From the human T2T-CHM13v2.0 reference genome, Homo sapiens: DNA of 64,000 nucleotides. Made by a program: the position numbers and the translations under genes. The stretch lies in the NCBI RefSeq assembly GCF_009914755.1, contig NC_060941.1. One strand, written 5' to 3'. The notes below the pieces were generated by a model that was not told where the DNA came from, did no database searches, and saw nothing but the letters and a program-made list of their open reading frames with translations. Positions 56,025-64,000 of the stretch are shown here, in pieces (within the stretch, counting starts at the first letter, position 1; each line of letters starts with the position of its first letter).

Positions 56025-56385
56025 GGCTATGGCTGAAATGTTTGCCTTCTGCCCCTGCCAAGTTCATATGTTGAAACCTCAACTGGTGTGACGGTATTTG
56101 AATATGGGGCCTTGGGGAGGTAATTAGGTCAAAAGGGTGGAGCCCGTGTAGATGGATGAAAGCCCCTATAAAAAGACAAGAGAGAGCTTGCTTCCGCTCC
56201 GCTCTCCACCAGTAAGGATACAACAAGGAGAGGCCGCCTACAAGCCAGGAAGACAATCGTTCAGTAGCCTTCAGATCCGCCAACACCTTGATCCTGGGCT
56301 TGCGGCTGCCAGACCTGTGAGAAAGCGATGCCCATTGTTTAAGCCCCTGGTCTTTGATCTGTTACCGCAGCGCGAGCTGACCACG
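56025..56385 (+). mobile_element. MLT1A/MSTD-like MaLR LTR
   Basis: GCTATGGCTGAAATGTTTG..AAGTTCATATGTTGAAACC..CACCTTGATCCTGG..CTGTGAGAAA. Confidence 0.75.
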
Positions 56386-57060
56386 CACTCAGTGTGAGGC
56401 GATGACCTTTTTCTCAACCATGCGCAAGTGGTATTTCTGCGTGCTTCAAATATCACAGGCCGGATTGTCAGGAAACCAAGGAGGGGCCTTTTGGAAGAGA
56501 ATGATGCTGAGCATCCGGGTCCCTGGACAGCCAGCAGCCCTGAGGCAGACAGAAGTTTGGACAACTCAGGACAGGGAGCTTGGAGGGCAGCCCCTACATG
56601 TCGGAGTGGTCCCTACCTGTGTTGCCTCAACTCTTCCTTCAAGGCAAGAGCCGCTAAGGACAGTCAGGACATCCTACCGCCCAAGGCTGTTGAGCTCGGC
56701 CGGCCAAGGGTAAGTCTAGGGCTGGACGAGCTATGCCTGGGGCTCAGGTGCCCCCGGTGGGGCTGAGCACAGCCCAGGAGCTGGGCCTGGCTTCTCTGAG
56801 ACTTGCAAGTCACACAAAATGCCTTCTACTCCATGGAGTGAGAGAGTGGAACTAAGAGGGGGGCAGTTTTAGAAGCTGAGTGAGGAGGTGGGAGAGGCAC
56901 CTGATAAGAACTTGGGCTTGGCAGTTAGAGGAACAGGCAGAGGGGTTGGGGCCAGGTGCGGAGGCGGGGGATGGGCCACAAGGTGGGGTAGGTGGGGGGA
57001 AGGTGCAGAGAGGAGGGGCGGGGTGGGCATTATGGGGTTCTGTAAGAGTTCGGGGGCAGG

Positions 57061-57680
<620 letters not shown>

Positions 57681-58347
57681 AAAGAGAGAGAGAGAGTTCG
57701 GGAGAACGGGAGCAGAGGTCCCTGGAGATGTTCCCATTTCCTGGGTCTCCAGCAGCCCCCACTGACATCTCACTGAGTCCCTGTGTTCTCTGATATTCCT
57801 GAACAAGACCCAATTCATTATCATCCTAAAAATTGACTTAGGGAAAAAAAAAGTAGAGCCTTCAGCTCAAAGAACTGCTGAGATCTGGGATGATGGATGG
57901 CTTTATTAGCATGCTTCAATTTTATATTTATCAAATTAAACCAGCAGCCAAGGGACACTTAATTAAGATTCTTTGTCATCAGTCAGAGGAGAGAAGATGG
58001 GGGAGAGAAAGGGCTTATGACCCATATTCTAGAAGGAAAGGTTTAAGTGCCCAAAATAATATGTCAGAGGCCCTTGGGAGGGTTTGGTGGCTTGCAGTAA
58101 TGAGGGCTGTCTTCACCGTGGGAATCCGAGGATGGGTTCGAGTCTTTCTTCCTTAAGTGTTTTCTCTTTATTAAGCTCTCATCAGAGATGCGACATTTAT
58201 TCAGTGCTGGTCCTCCATGTTAACAAACACACCATGTCTGTAAGATATCAGAGCACAGGGCAGCCAGGGAGTCTGGGTTCAAATCCCGACTCTCCTTACT
58301 AATTGCATAATCATGGGCAAGTTACTTCATTAAAAAAAAAAAAAAAA

Positions 58348-62010
<3,663 letters not shown>

Positions 62011-62264
62011 GCCGTGAAGTTACTTCATTTTTTGGGCCTCAGTGTTTGCCTATAAGACAGGATCAGGCTCTCACATGGTTATTTGTATGAACTGATGAGA
62101 TGTTTGCCTGGTACAAGGTGGGTGTTAAAGAAATGGAAGCTAATGATAAAATGATTTTGTTTCTCTGTGCCTGAATCTCGTCCTCAGGAGCTTATAATTT
62201 AGTAGACACATAAGCCACAAACAGAAGCCAGCTCTGTGTCAGGCCCCATGAGAAGTCCGCAGGT

Positions 62265-62375
62265 GCGATCTTCAATTTGGAGGTGAGGAAACTGAGGCTT
62301 GGAGGGTGATTTGCCAAGGTCTGGATCGGGAAGGGGAGGCAGGACTCAAGGCCCATTGGGCTCCGGGGTCTCACA
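62265..62375. mobile_element. MIR fragment
   Basis: GAGGAAACTGAGGCTTGGAG..GATTTGCCAAGGTC. Confidence 0.7.
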
Positions 62376-63589
62376 GTGAGCGAGGAAGCTGAGAAGAGCC
62401 TGGCCCATCTTGCAGGCACCGCTGTGCTTCCAGGGTTGCCCAGGCGAGACCCTCACCCCATGTGCTACCTGTCCCTGACAGGCAGGGAAAGGGGCTGGGC
62501 CGGCCCTGGGGGTGGCTGTGTGGATGAACACCTAGTGGATGATGAAATGCAGGCTGAGAAGAGTCTGAGATGAATCGGGAAGTTTCGGGAAGCTGCCCCT
62601 ACGGTGATGTTCAGTGTCAGGGAGCTGCACAGAGGAGCCGGTGGAGGAACATGGAGAGTAGGAGGCGGTGTGAGGCAGACACTCTTTGCCTGGCATGGGC
62701 TGGAGGTGTGGGGTGAATGGTTCACGAGAAGAGGGGGCATGCACAGTGCAGTGGGCACAGAGGGCAAGGTGGAAGGAAACAGCCTTGGCTGACCACCATG
62801 TCGGGCTGGGCTTAGGGACTGGGGTCCTTTGAATCCCCACCTTCCCCTGCCTCGTCCCCACACTCATTCATCCATTCAGTGAAAACCCCTCTGTCAAATG
62901 CGGCTCATGTCACATGCGGCTCATGTTAGATGCTGTTTGGGACACTTGGGAGGCCTCAGTGGGCAATAGATTAAATTCCTCCTCCTAGCTTGAGGGGGTG
63001 CATGTGTCCATCCCCACCTTCTCCTCAAATCTCTCAGAGGACAAAGCAGGGGCCACGGCTCTCCCACGGCATCCTCTATACAGCCATGGAGGCTGGAGCA
63101 GAGATGGACCAACAAAGGGGTCCATCTGCCACACCCCCCATCTACTTCCCTTCTGTTGAAGATGGGAAGGTCATGGCTGTCTCAGTGTGGCAAGCTCCCA
63201 CCTGGAACTGGACACCATAAAATCTTGCTAGACAGGGACGGATTTCAAGGTGGTCTTGGGAGGCACCTCCGCCACGGCCTGAGATCCTGCAGCACCCTCG
63301 CCCGGATCACAACCAGAGCAGGAGGTGTCTTTGGGCCACTGCTCTTTTGAGACGATCCGGGGGCGTTCAGGGAGCAGGAGGAGGAAACCGAGGCAGCTGG
63401 GTGGAGAAGCACCTCTGTGCCTGGTGGCCTGCTGTGTCAGCCCCTCCTCATGTGGCACCTGCATCTCTGGGAGGGAGCCCTTTTCCTGGGGCCTGAACTT
63501 CCCAGGGCCATGCCTGCTCATGCCTGCCCCTGGGACTCCTGGCCCAGGGTTTTGAGTCCAGCAAGGGACAGAAGGTAAGTTCGTGGGCT

Positions 63590-63750
63590 CTGAGGTCTAC
63601 TGGGCCTGAGTTTGCATTTGGATCAGTGGTGAGCCCTTGGACAAGATGTTTCACCGCTCCGAGCCTCAGTTTCCCTCATCTGTTAATGGGGATATGAGCT
63701 CACACATGGGGAGCACTGGGCGTCACAGTGCCTGGACACAGCAGCTCTAA
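63590..63750. mobile_element. MIR fragment
   Basis: GAGCCTCAGTTTCCCTCATCTGTTAATGGGGAT. Confidence 0.72.
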
Positions 63751-63759
63751 CAGGATTGC

Positions 63760-64000
63760 ATGTGTCAGTTTCCTATGCCTGCTGTCACCACACACTTCAC
63801 AGCTTAAAACAACACGGATTTATCATCTTACAGTTCTGGAGGTTGGAGGTCCAAAATGGTCCCTTGAAGGTGTAAATCAAAAATAAAATTCTGGCTGGGC
63901 GCGGTGGCTCACACCTGTAATCTCAGCACTTTGGGAGGCCGAGGTGGGCGGATCACGAGGTCAGGAGATCGAGACCATTGTGGCAAACACGGTGAAACCC
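63760..64000. mobile_element. MLT1 fragment (-), then a MER4-type LTR start (TGTAAATCAAAAATAAAATTCT, 63851), then an Alu running off the window
   Basis: TTAAAACAACAC..ATTTATCATCTTACAGTTCTGGAGG; Alu from 63893. Confidence 0.7.

Overview
This is primate (most likely human) non-coding genomic DNA. By eye I count about 90-95 Alu elements or fragments (roughly 40% of the window). They are layered over many LTR elements (LTR12/ERV9, LTR8, MER41, MER21, MER4, MLT1, MLT2A, MST, THE1), DNA transposon fossils (MER2, MER20, MER3, Charlie1-type), old L1M/L2/MIR fragments and several tandem or low-complexity tracts. I cannot support any protein-coding exon, RNA gene or CRISPR array; the supplied ORFs are mostly Alu-, LTR- or microsatellite-derived, and none of the rest resembles a known protein. 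I cannot name the locus. The most notable items are: (1) a complete solo LTR12 with an intact CCAAT/NF-Y promoter array but a destroyed R-region poly(A) signal, followed by candidate splice sites; (2) a dense ERV1 nest in the first 16 kb; (3) repeat-free islands rich in homeodomain motifs, including a PBX-HOX + MEIS-type composite and one CTCF-like site, suggesting an enhancer landscape; (4) an Alu with an unusually long (~56 bp) flanking duplication; (5) a G-rich minisatellite with higher-order structure and a ~740 bp polypyrimidine tract. Repeat subfamily names come from recalled consensus sequences, not a database search, and boundaries are approximate. I found no convincing evidence of a novel biological system.
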